A stretch of DNA of 64,000 bases from Octopus vulgaris (lineage: Eukaryota): the NCBI GenBank assembly GCA_951406725.2, contig OX597819.1:29388001-29452000 (forward strand), written 5' to 3'. Below are positions 26,880 to 39,142 of the stretch, piece by piece. Numbering within the stretch: the stretch's first letter is position 1; the number at the start of each line of letters is the position of its first letter. Below the pieces are notes generated by a model. The model worked only from the letters and a program-made list of their open reading frames with translations, had not been told where the DNA came from and did no database searches. A program made the translations under genes and the position numbers.

Positions 26880-29064
26880 AGGTAAAAAGAAATCAAAAAC
26901 ATTTTATTCGAAAGTAAAATGTTGACAGAATTTCCATGTGACTAAAGTTTTCATAGTATGTTGATAAGCTAAGATGGCTTTCAACATTTATGCTTACAAT
27001 GTTGAAATTATCACCATGGCAACAAGAATATAAAGAATATGAAGGGGCAGAGAACACCAATATTTTACAGTGGCCTATTTAGCTTAATTAATATCTCCTT
27101 TTGCAGCTAAAATTCTTTTGTTCTAGTAAAACTCAGAAGATATAACAAATGTTTGCAGTTGAAGTAAATCAAATCTGTTATGGAGTTAAATGCTACTTTT
27201 GATAAATGAAAGAAAATATTTTTCATTTATAAAGAAGACATGAAAAACTAAACAATGACATTTTTAACAAATGCTTCATAACTTAGAGAAAATAGAACAT
27301 TCTTTTCTTTTTTGTTTTTCTATTTATACAGACCCCCAACAGGAACAAAATACCAATCATAATAAATTTCTTTGGAAACACAAGACCTGTGTTTCCTAAC
27401 ATAACAAATGCTTTCAAAACTTCAAAGGAATCATCAAAGAAACAAAATGGGAAAGAAAAGAAAAGGTAATACTAGCATTTAAAATAAAATTAAAAAAACA
27501 ACATATTTTGAAGGAACAGAAGAAATGAAAGGGACAATATTTTGTAATCCCTTTGAAGTTTAAAGTAAGTTTCTTAGAATCTGTCAGATTCCAAGCATGG
27601 GATTTCCTGTAGTGAATCATGTTCTTTCTGTACTTCATGTATAAAATAATTTTTATTGTTTATGTTCTACACAATAGATGTATTTAAACTAATGTTTTCA
27701 ATCAGCTGAAAACAATGCAAATTATAAAACTGCTACTCTCATGCTAGTCTGATATAATTTTTTGTTCACTTTCTCATAACAATTTATCTGATTAATCATA
27801 TTGAGATTTGCAGGGGAAAAAAATTCAAATAGGAAAATACTTAAAGCATTCAAATTTTCATTCATTCATGTTTTTCAAATGAAAGTTATTTTTCAGACAT
27901 TTGTTAAAAAAAAGTTTTACTCTCAGTATCAGTAGTTATTTAATAATTTTAAAAGAAAGCTTCCTAAGAAACATTATTTAAGGATGATCACTGAAAATTA
28001 TAAGGATTTCCATTTTTTTATGTTAATGCTAACGAGCACTGTTGAAATTTTTTTTTTTTAGTTATATAATTTGAACATACATAATAAAATAGAATAAAGT
28101 ATTACCTCATTTGTCTGGGGGAATTACGCTATCAGATTCGGTAATTTAAAAATGTGAAAATAAATTTCTCTTTTTATGTCCTTTTAAGGAAAAATACTTG
28201 ATAAATTTTTGGAGATTAATCCCAAGCTAATTTTAAATTATTTATAAAGTTATATTTTTAAGAAGTTTGTTTTATTCATCTTCTGATTACAGTAGAGTTA
28301 CCAAGAAAATGAGCTTCAATTATATTATCAAATGTGTCCCCATGGTTAGACATGTTTTTGTAGAATATTAGAAAATAAATGACACTGCTTGTATGACAGT
28401 GACACTCATTTACAACCATTGCAGGAAGTCATAAACATGTGCACACACACACACACACAAAACCAGCTTCTTTCAGTTTCTATCTACTAGATCCAGTCAC
28501 AACGAGGTATTGGTTGGCCTGGGGCTATTGTAGAAGATGTTTGCCCAGGGTGTCACACAGTGAGATTGAACCCAAATTTATGAAGTCAGGAAGGAAACTT
28601 CTTCACCACACAGCCATAGCAGCTCCCTTTGTCCAATGCTCTAACAATTGAGCCACCTCACTGCCTTTGTAGTAAATAATTTATAATAAATTCATTCTAA
28701 ATAATGAACAAAATTTTACCTGCTTGTTATAAATGGTTTTAAAATAAATGTGAAAACATGGTAAAAAATTAACTCTTATTTTTCTTTCTCTTATCCTTTT
28801 CTCTGCTTATATAAAGCTACTTTTCTTAATGTGACTATAAAATCTAAGTCTTTATCTTATGTGCCTTTGATCTCAAGACAGTAACTCCCAGATAGCTAAA
28901 TTGATTCAATATTACTTTATTACTTAAATACTGAAAACTCAGTCCAGGCAGAATTTAACAACAAATATATGGGTAAATAAAGCCATTAAGTGAAAAATAG
29001 GACAATTAAAACAAAAAGGAAAAAAAAAAAAATAGTAAAAGTATAGTAAGAAGATGTAGGACTC

Positions 29065-29262
29065 ATCTAATAATAAAAAGATGTATCAAGACATTAATAA
29101 AAAGATAATGGTAACAGACAGACACTTATAAAATGATGTAATATCAGCCACCAATAAAAAGATGATACCAGACGCCAATAAAAGATGTAATACCATTCAC
29201 TAATAAAACAATGTGATGTAAGATACCAATAAAAAGATATGGTACCAGACACTAATAAATTC
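29065..29262. repeat. Degenerate ~30-bp tandem repeat
   Basis: Recurring (C)AATAAAAAGAT..ACCAGAC(A) motif. Confidence 0.6.
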
Positions 29263-30435
29263 AATATGGGAGTAAGGTAACATAGATTTTAATAACAGAA
29301 AGAAAGAGAAAAAGTCATGATAATTTGAGCAAAAGACATCAAATCTATTGTTTTCTTCTATTTGTAATTTTTCTCACAATAGTGAATCCTTGAGAAAAGG
29401 AATGCCAATAATTTTGGATCAGTTAAACAGAAATTAATTCTGAAACTGATGCTGGTAAACATTAGAAAAAATTTAATTAGAAATAAAGATATAAAAAAAA
29501 AAATTAAAAAGTGGATTCAGAATAATATTTTTTTGATTTGTTTCACAAGTTAGCTTGTAACTTTGGGAAGAGACTTTTTTTTTCAATTCAAAATTGCTTT
29601 TTATGGTCAGTTCTGGGATCAGTATTAAATTCTGGGCAAGTAAAATCATTAAGACTTACATTGCTTTTATTGTTGTTGTTGTTGTTGTTGTACCTTCAGG
29701 TCAATCCTGATCAAGCAACTTTGTCAAAGAGTATTCCAGTTAAGACCGTTTTAGTTTTTAGTGCAACAGCTCCCAAACTTGTTTTAACCCTTTGGTTACC
29801 AAAGCGCCCAAAGCTCCCAAACTTGTTTTAATGTGAAATCCATCATATGATTTTCAGACTGTTCATACAACCCCTCTACCTATATTTTATGGATAATTCC
29901 TACCATCTTACAGTTAAATAAGACATAAAATGGAATAAAAATTCACAGAACCCCACTTTTTTCGTCATGAAGCCCTGATGTTCATTAGAATCTAATTTAA
30001 GAAGTACTTTTAAGGGTATCTATGACTACGTTATTGAATGTATCCTTTCTGTATTTTAATGAGTAGATGTGATTTGAAGAATTGACTGCTATTTCTAATT
30101 AATTAAGTGATTGCATTCCCTTAGGAATGGCAAAAATGACCCAATTTCTCATTTTCCCGCTGCTACAAATCCTATTACCTTTTCATTGAATAATGTACAA
30201 ACTGACTTCCTTAACAGTGTTTATTGAATAGCAATATCTTTTGAAAATGAATATTCATTTAAAAATTTATAATATACTTCCGTTTATGACAACCTATGTT
30301 CCTGTGTTATGCTGCAAAGAACCATAACTATGGAACAGAATTTAAAGAACAAACAAAATCTTTAATGTAATGAAACAAATTTGAGTTAGACTTTTCATGA
30401 CTTTATGCTTGTAACAAAATGTAAGAAAAGCAATT

Positions 30436-30637
30436 TTACTTGTTTCAGTCATTTGACTGTGGCCATGCAGGAGCACCACCTTTAGTCGAGCAAATCGACC
30501 TCAGGACTTATTCTTTGTAAGCCTAGTACTTATTCTATCAGTCTCTTTTCCCAAGCCGCTAAGTTACGGGGACATAAACACACCAGCATTGGTTGTGAAG
30601 CGATGTTGGGGGGACAAACATGGACATACAAACATAT

Positions 30638-30683
<46 letters not shown>

Positions 30684-31284
30684 CTGTATATATATATACA
30701 CATATATATATCAATCAACCAATCAAAAGCAAAATCAAATTCAATGACTGGAGTCCATGCTAGCAGGGTGCAAAGAGCACCATACGAGCGTGATTACTGA
30801 CAGCGGCTAACCGACTTTCGTGCCAGTGGCACTTAAAGGGCACCATTCAGGCATGAAGGGCACCATTCAAACATGATCGTTAACAGCGTCGCCTTCTGGC
30901 ACTTGTGCCCGTGCTAGTAGGGTGCCAAGAGCACAATCCGAGCGTGTTCATTGCCAGAGCAGCCAACTGGCTTCCGTGCCAGTGGGCATGTAAAAAGGGC
31001 ACCATTCAAGCGTGATCGTTACCAAAATTGCCTTCTGGCACCTGTGCTGGTGACATGTATAAAAGGATTCGAGCGAGGTCGTTGCCAGTCCCGCCTGACT
31101 GGCCCCCATGCCGGTGGCACGTAAAAGCACCCACTACACTCTCAGAGTGGTTGGCGTTAGGAAGGGCATCCAGCTGTAGAAACTCTGGCAAATCAAGACT
31201 GAAGCCTGGTGCAGCCATCTGGTTCGCCAGCCCTCAGTCAAAATCGTCCAACCCATGCTAGCATGGAAAGCGGACGTTAAACGA

Positions 31285-31331
<47 letters not shown>

Positions 31332-31480
31332 TATGATAGGCTTCTTTCAGTTTCCGTCTACCAAATCCACCCACAAGGCTATAGTAGAAGACACTTGCCC
31401 AAGGTGCCATGCAGTTGGACTGAACCTGGACCCATGTGGTTGGTAAGCAAGCTACTTACCACACAGCCACTCCTACGCCT
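30436..31480 (-). mobile_element. SINE family A split by an RTE insertion
   Basis: 3' half at about 30436-30710 and 5' half at about 31335-31480, in the same orientation; the RTE lies in the internal microsatellite. Confidence 0.8.
30725..31288 (+). mobile_element. RTE 3' UTR copy nested in a SINE
   Basis: Similar to the reverse complement of 4141-4542; ends CATGGAAAGCGGACGTTAAACGATGAT. Confidence 0.85.
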
Positions 31481-32850
31481 ATGGAACACAAAGTCACAAG
31501 TGAAACTTGTAACAATATTACAAAGATCTTATAAACTGTCTCTGAATTTGTGCAACAAGCTAGAAATATAAACATTAAAAAACCATGGAAGTCTCTTGAG
31601 TCTTGCAAGTAATTAATGATCAGAATAAAAATTTACAGTATCTTTTATGGACAGCTATCTTTGAGATTTTTGACAATTAGGAATTTGTTACTAATCAGAG
31701 TTTACTGATGTAACAATCTACAAGAGATAACATAATGAAACCTGAAAATTTTATCAAAAAAGCATGAAATAGGGTAAAAGTTGTGAATGAAATTGCTTTG
31801 ATGGCATAAAAACTGTTATCTTGCAGATTATGCTAAAGTGACATTTATATAAAATCCATCAAAGACAGTGAAATAATAGATTTTTGTTTCACTAAGCTAC
31901 AGTATTGATATTAACAAGATAAACCAATTCTCTTCTCCACTTCCAAACAGTAGATGTTATAACTGTAAACAAGTAATAGAATGAAACCTTAGTTTACTGT
32001 CAACTCTCTCAATCAGAAGTACAGTCATATAGAGAAAGAATCATGACACATAACAACATCAACAACAACAAGACTAGCAATTTAATTAGATTTACTTTGG
32101 TTTTATGATTACTTTTTTGGGACACTTTTTAAAAAAGATTAATATAGCATCAAAAGAATTTGTCACAGGAATGAAACAGGTGAAAGAATAAAGACAACAG
32201 TTATATGTCAATGCTAAACTATAGCATTTCCTCAGTACCATATCGTAAGGCTAGACAAATTTGCTTTTTTTTCCAATTTTATATTTATATATTTATTTTA
32301 TTTTATTATTCATTTATTCATTTATTATTATCATATTTTTTAGTGAGATAACATGTTTACATTTATCTTAATTGTTATTTGAATCAATATAAACGACAAA
32401 CAGACAGGCTTGTATGAACATTACTTAATGTACTGATTTTATGTAAACAAACACACACATGGTATAATTACACAAATATATAAAAATAATTACCACCATA
32501 GACTGTAGTAGTTTCTTTATTAGCTTAACCTATAATCTGGTTTTAGTTCTTTTTGAAGAAAATTTCATTTCAGTAAGCATGAATGTTCCTGCTTCCTACT
32601 CACCCACCACTGGGGACTACACAATCAGTGAAACATTAAATAGACAAGCTTAAAATAAGAACTGATAACATTCTGTTATTCTACAGTTTATTAAAAATAT
32701 TTAATATTTTCTTAATTTAAACTCCTGCATGCAAATTACTTCTAGCTGTAGAGTTGATGCTAATATTTTAATGTACACCAATAGAAACATTATTTGCTAA
32801 TAATGCAATATACACTGCTAAGCACTGATATTTCAATATACTCTAACAGT

Positions 32851-33269
32851 TACACACACGCACATACACACGCACATATATACATACATACATACATATA
32901 TATATATACACACATATATATACACACATATATATACACACATATATATACACATATATATACACATGTATATACACACACATATATATATACATATATA
33001 TATATATATACACACACATATATATATACACATATATATACACACACACACACACACACATATATATACACATATATATACACACACACACACATATATA
33101 TACACATATATATACACACACACACACACATATACACATATACACACACACATATATACACATATACACACACACACATATATACACACACACACACATA
33201 TATATATATACACATATATACACACACACACACACATATCTATATACACACACACACACACACATATAT
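32851..33269. repeat. Compound (CA)n/(TA)n microsatellite
   Basis: Seen directly in the sequence. Confidence 0.95.
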
Positions 33270-33440
33270 CATCATCATCATCATCATCATTTAACGTCCG
33301 CTTTCCATGCTAGCATGGGTTGGACGGTTCAACTGGGGTCTGGGGAACCCGAAGGCTGCACCAGGCCAGTCAGATCTGGCAGTGTTTCTACAGCTGGATG
33401 CCCTTCCTAACGCCAACCACTCCGAGAGTGTAGTGGGTGA

Positions 33441-33900
33441 TTTTATGTGCCACCGACACAGGTGCCAGACGAGGCTGGCGAACGGCCACGCTCGGATGGT
33501 GTTTTTATGTGCCACCGACACAGGTGCCAGACGAAGCTGGCGAACGACCACGCTCGGATGGTGTTTTTATGTGCCACCGACACAGGTGCCAGACAAGGCT
33601 GGCAGACGACCACGCTTGGATGGTGTTTTTATGTGCCACCGACACAGGTGCCAGACGAGGCTGGCGAACGGCCACGCTCGGATGGTGTTTTTATGTGCCA
33701 CCGACACAGGTGTCAGACAAGGCTAGCAGACGACCACGCTCGGATGGCGTTTTTTTTTTTATTTATGTGCCACCGACACAGGAGCCAGATTAGGCTGGCG
33801 ATCGGCCACGATTGGATGGTGATTTGTTACGTGCCCACAGCATGGAGGCCAGTCGGTGCGGCACTGGCTACGGCCACGTTCGGATGGTATTCTTGTGTGC
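33441..33900. repeat. 62-bp tandem repeat in the RTE 3' UTR
   Basis: ATGTGCCACCGACACAGG recurs at 33445, 33507, 33569, 33631, 33693 and 33765, followed by degenerate units. Confidence 0.95.
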
Positions 33901-34065
33901 CACCAGCACTGGTACCACAAAGATACAAATTCCATTGATGTTCATCTATTTTGATTTTGTTTGATTTTCACTTGCCTCAACAGGTCTTCACAAGTGTCAC
34001 AAGAAGGAAGGTATGCACAGGTGGACTGACTACGTCCCAGGTAGGGGCCATGGGTTATGGCCTGA

Positions 34066-35152
34066 CTAGTCTTGCCGGGTCTTCTCACGCACAGCATACT
34101 TCCATAGGTCTCGGTCTCTAGTCATTTCCTTGGTGAGACCTAAAGTTCGTAGGTCGTGCTTCACCACTTCGTCCCAGGTTTTCCTGGGTCTACCTCTTCC
34201 ACAGGTTCCCTCAACTGCTAGGGTGTAGCACTTTTGCACACAACTATCTTCAGCCATTCTCGTCATATGACCATACCAGCGCAGCCGTCTCTCTTGCACA
34301 CCACAACTGACGCTTCTTAGGTTCAACTTTTCTCTCAAGGTACTTACACTCTGACGATTATGAACTCTGACATTACACATCCATCGGAGCATACTGGCTT
34401 CATTTCTTGCGAGCTTACGCATATCCTCAGCAGTCACGGCCCATGTTTCACTACCATGTAGCATGGCTGTACATACACATGCATCATAAAGTCTGCCTTT
34501 TACTCTGAGCGAGAGGCCTTTTGTCACCAGCAGGGGTAAGAGCTCTCTAAACTTTGCCCAGGCTATTCTTACTCTAGCAGTTACACTTTCAGCACACCCA
34601 CCCCCGCTACTGACTTGGTCTCCTAGGTAGCGGAAGCTATCAACTACTTCTAGTTTGTCTCCCTGGAACGTGGTAGCAGTTGGTCTCTGCACATTTCCAG
34701 TGTTTATTTCTCCTGAGCATCTGCCACATACGAAAACTATCTTCCCAGTTAGCCTACCTTTGACATTGCTGCACCTCTTATGTGTCCATAGCTTACACTT
34801 GGTGCACCTTATAGAGTTTCTACCTACACCTTTTTTACAGATCGAGCAGGGCCATCTACCTGAAGTCGTTTGTGGTTGGTCCACCCTCCTACTTATTAGG
34901 ACTTTGGTTTTGGCTAGGTTGATTCTAAGGCCCTTCGATTCTAATCCTTGTTTCCACACCTGAAACTTCTCCTCCAGTTCTGATAGTGACTCAGCAATTA
35001 GAGCAAGGTCATCAGCATAGAGGAGCTCCCAGGGGCATCCTGTCTTAAATTCTTCCGTTATTGCCTGGAGGACTATGATAAATAGGAGGGGGCTGAGGAC
35101 TGAACCTTGGTGGACCCCAACCTCTACCCGGAATTCTTCACTGTATTCGTTG

Positions 35153-35154
<2 letters not shown>
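34066..35154 (-). CDS. Partial non-LTR reverse transcriptase ORF (no start codon; 362 uninterrupted codons)
   Basis: Read in frame upstream of the ORF-track start: GVHQGSVLSPLLF, LLYADDL, GLRINLAKTKVL, FRYLG, MLHGSETW, RRLRWYGH, GRGRPRKTW, all typical RTE RT and C-terminal motifs. Confidence 0.92.
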
Positions 35155-35232
<78 letters not shown>

Positions 35233-35260
35233 TAAAGTGTACGTACACCACTATATAGAT

Positions 35261-35986
35261 ATATAAAATAAAATACAAAATGGGACAAGAACGCAAAACA
35301 TCCGGTCAACTAGGTGATACAAAAAGGGAAAACAAAACATTCATATAGACAATACAAAAAGGGAAAACAAAACATTCATATAGACAATACAAAAAGGGAA
35401 AACAAAACATTCATATAGACAATACAAAAAGGGAAAACAAAACATTCATATAGACAATACAAAAAGGGAAAACAAAACATTCATATAGACAATACAAAAA
35501 GGGAAAACAAAACATTCATATAGACAATACAAAAAGGGAAAACAAAACATTCATATAGACAATACAAAAAGGGAAAACAAAACATTCATATAGACGATAC
35601 AAAAAAAACAAGGACGGGTCATTCGAAGTTTTTATCTTCAGTCAAAAACCGGATCATTCTCGCAATTTCAGCTGATTAATCTTGAGATTGCTCCAATCTG
35701 GCCAGCCCCAAGGAAAAACTAAGCTAAGAGCATTAGATTCTTTAGAAAAAAAGCATTGAATGTATACGAAAACAAGAATGGAAAAACAGATGATGTTACA
35801 CGAATATAAATACAAAGATATAATAAAAATAACGATAATAATAACAGGACATAACAACAGGCATCTTTCGACTGGGGACGAATTAAATTCATCTGGCTGA
35901 ATTTGTCTATCTGGATGTTTTGTTGTCCCTTTTTATAACCCCTAGTTGTCCGGATGTTTTGCGTTCTTGTCCCATTTTGTATTTTA

Positions 35987-35995
<9 letters not shown>
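35261..35995 (-). mobile_element. AT-embedded repeat with ~85-bp inverted termini, probable Penelope-like terminal region (family 1)
   Basis: AATAAAATACAAAATGGGACAAGAACGCAAAACATCCGG (35267) is inverted at 35903-35988; partial homologue at 56040-56163; hammerhead-like motifs at 35635-35691. Confidence 0.6.
35318..35605. repeat. 35-bp minisatellite, 8 near-identical copies
   Basis: TACAAAAAGGGAAAACAAAACATTCATATAGACAA, with GGG at 35326, 35361 ... 35571. Confidence 0.95.
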
Positions 35996-36038
<43 letters not shown>

Positions 36039-37084
36039 TTTACATGATTTTTAGAATCATACTGTATGAATACACCTGTCCAACAATTGGTAATGTGAAG
36101 CTATGTATAACAGTTTGAGAAGATCTTTTCAGCTTTAATAAAAATCATATTACTCTACCTTTGGGATTCAAGTACTATTTCTTCTGCCTTGTTTTGCATT
36201 TATGATCTTACTTGTGTATGTATCATCATCATGCTGGCATGGGTTGGACAGGAGCTGGCCAGCCAGAAAGCTGTCGAGGCTTCATTTGTCTGTTTTGGCA
36301 TGGTTTCTACAGTTGGACACCCTTTATAACACCAACCTTTTTACAGAGTGTGCTGGGTTTTTTTACGTGCCACTGGCAAGGATGAATTGTACATGGACTA
36401 GCAAGAGCGCATTTTACATGGCACCAGAACCTGCAAGACAAAGGCGTCTCAGCTGAGAGAGGGAGGGGAACATGGCCATAAAAGACATGTCTGCATGTAT
36501 GGATGGCTGTGATTTTACTTAGTTTGACATGTCTTCTCAAGTACAGTAAATTGCCACAAGTCCCAATTATTTTAACGTCCAGTTTTTCATGCATGCATGG
36601 TTGGAGTTTACTGAGGCAGATTTTCCACTGTCGGATACCCTTCTTATTACTAACCCTCAAGTGCTTCCAAGCAAAGTTATATCTCCCCATGGCCAGATAT
36701 ATTTATACAAGATACTGGAAATGAATGACACTGCTTCAATGTTAAGGCAAGGAGACAGAAACACACACACTCACTCGCATGCAAGCATATATACATACAC
36801 AACAAGCTTCTTTCAGTTTCTGCCCTCCAAATCTATTTACACGGATTTATTTATTCAACTTGGAGCTATAGTAGAAGGCACTTGTCCATGGTGCCTCACA
36901 GTAGGACTGAACCTGAAACTAGATGGTTCAACCACACAGCTATTCCTGCACCTACACACACTGCTATACTCTAATATTGTAATATACACTCATCATCAAG
37001 TCAGTCAAGCTTGCTCAGATTCAGTTGATCACAATACTCTACTCATCTCCATCTTTCATGGCAGGTGATGGTTCCTCTTGGAGA

Positions 37085-37725
37085 TAATAAGTGTTGTCAG
37101 ATAACTGATGGACATGGAGCTTCACAAGGCAACCTATGGAATTGTGACTATGTTGAGGCATCAAAAAAGAGAGTTACTGACCAGCTCCTCCTTACTTCTC
37201 CAGCAAAGCAAGCTATTACTATAGGGAAACATTGCATCTGTTGACAAGAAAGAAATTCCCTCTTCAAGTGAAGAGTTGATTGTATGTTTGTGCACAAAGT
37301 ATGACATCATATCATAGCAAAGCATGGGCACTGAATACAGAAAATGTACAAAGGTTGGGGAGAAACGAAGCAAGTATGTTCTGCTGGGATGTAATAATGT
37401 TAGTGCATAGAAATAATAGAGCAGAAATTGGCTGAGAGAAAAACAGTATAAAAGCATCAGACGTAAAGTGCTAGAGAGTACTGAACTGGTATGGACATGT
37501 GATATGTATGGAGAGTAACACTCGGGTGAAGAAATTAATTCTAAGCAAACCAAATGAAAAGTGGCCTGCAGAATATACAAGAAGAGATGATGAAGGCTGA
37601 TCTTATGAAGCTGAATCTCAGAAAAGATTAGAAAACTATGAACGAATGGTAAGTCACTGTGCTGAAGAAGACCAGTACAATCCATGCAAAAATGGAAAAA
37701 TGGGAGTAAAATGATGATGATGATG
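37085..37725 (+). mobile_element. Old, heavily decayed RTE-like 3' region
   Basis: CTGGTATGGACATGTG (WYGHV remnant) followed by CCATGCAAAAATGGAAAA..(TGA)n. Confidence 0.5.
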
Positions 37726-39142
37726 TATGAACACTAGAAGAGTATTTCTTATGATACAGTCATAGCAAAGTTGATCATAATAACGATATCAGTGAGAAGC
37801 AGGTTGATGTGTTAAGTAATTTACAGAGCAGCATGAAAGAGTATAGAAAAATATTAAATGGGAATTCTGTACCATTTTTAACACTCATAGTAACTAGTTG
37901 CTGAAAGCATTGCTATCAAAGAGACGTCAACAAGTGAATTTAATTTTTGCAAACACAAGAAGAGATGAAGCACCTAATTTGCTGTTCTTCAGATAATGTG
38001 AAACCAAGAATGAAATCTAATTTGGTTGAGAAAGCTAACTGAATATTGTAGCAAATTGTTTAAACTAGAGCTCAGGTGGGTAGAATTAGGTTTATAGGGA
38101 TAACAAACTGGTGCCAAGCAAAAGTGCTTAGTAAAGGAAAGAGAAAAACCACATTAGAATTTACTAATTAAGATTTGTTTTATTATATAAAAAAAAAAAA
38201 ATGGTGGTTACAAAAGAAGGGCCCATAAATGAATATCTTCAGAATTACAGAACATAAAATCTTTTTCACTTGCTAAGGCTAAAGAAAGGAACAGTGCCCA
38301 TGACTTTGCATCCACCTGACTGACTGGGGAGATTGATACCATTAATGATTCTCCTGAAGCTTTTATAAGTGAACATCTGCAGGAAAGGCATGAGCAAAGA
38401 GGAAACTCCACAGAGCCAATATTCTAGAAAGGAAGAACTGGACATAGTAGTGATTAGTGCATGGCTTGGAGCAAAGGTTCTCAATGGGGGTCATTTGGAG
38501 CAAAGAGGTGCTAGGAGTGGGGGGGCCTTAAGAGACTTGTGGGGGAGGCACTGGAAGACCCTCAAATTTGATAAGTTTAATTTGAAATTAATGAGTAGTA
38601 ATCATATTTTCACATCTCTGCAACAGTCATGTTTTTTTTTAAAAAAAAACATGCCTTTTTGTTTTAAATTTTTGAAAACTTGAAAAACACTTTTTCCACT
38701 TTGGAAACACCAAGCAAATTCCTGGTACCGTGTGTAACTGGTGTCATTAAAGTGAAACCCCCAAAACAAGAACAAAAACTGAAAACAGATGAAGGGTGAC
38801 AGACGACTAAAAGAAAAACAGCATTGAATAAAAGTGAAAAGCTGAATGTGTGAGTATATGTGTGTCTGTGTGCAAATATATAAAGAATGGTGATAAGAAT
38901 TTTAGCTGAAACTAGCTTTTGGGAATGGCAGATAGGTATGTGTTTGTGTATGTGTGTGTGTATGTATGGGTATATTTGTATGTATATGATTGCGTGCATT
39001 GCCGTTTTGAATGCCTTTCTGTGATTGAATTTAAATTGACCCCTGGTTATCAAAGGCCCAACCACACACACACATGCACACATTTGTTTTAGGTTTTGTA
39101 CCCATTTGAACAACAGCCATACACCAGATTACATGTTAAGTT

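Larger units (their letters stand above)
33270..35154 (-). mobile_element. 5'-truncated RTE-clade LINE (~1.9 kb)
   Basis: RT ORF C-terminal half, 3' UTR with a 62-bp VNTR and a (GAT)n tail; flanked by AT-type microsatellite on both sides. Confidence 0.95.

Noticed and set aside
33307-33938. Overlapping ORFs such as CHRHRCQTRLA repeats (also 19342-19905)
   Set aside because: Antisense readings of the LINE 3' UTR 62-bp repeat.
38208-38460. Coding-like composition
   Set aside because: Multiple in-frame stops, no splice structure and no recognisable domain.
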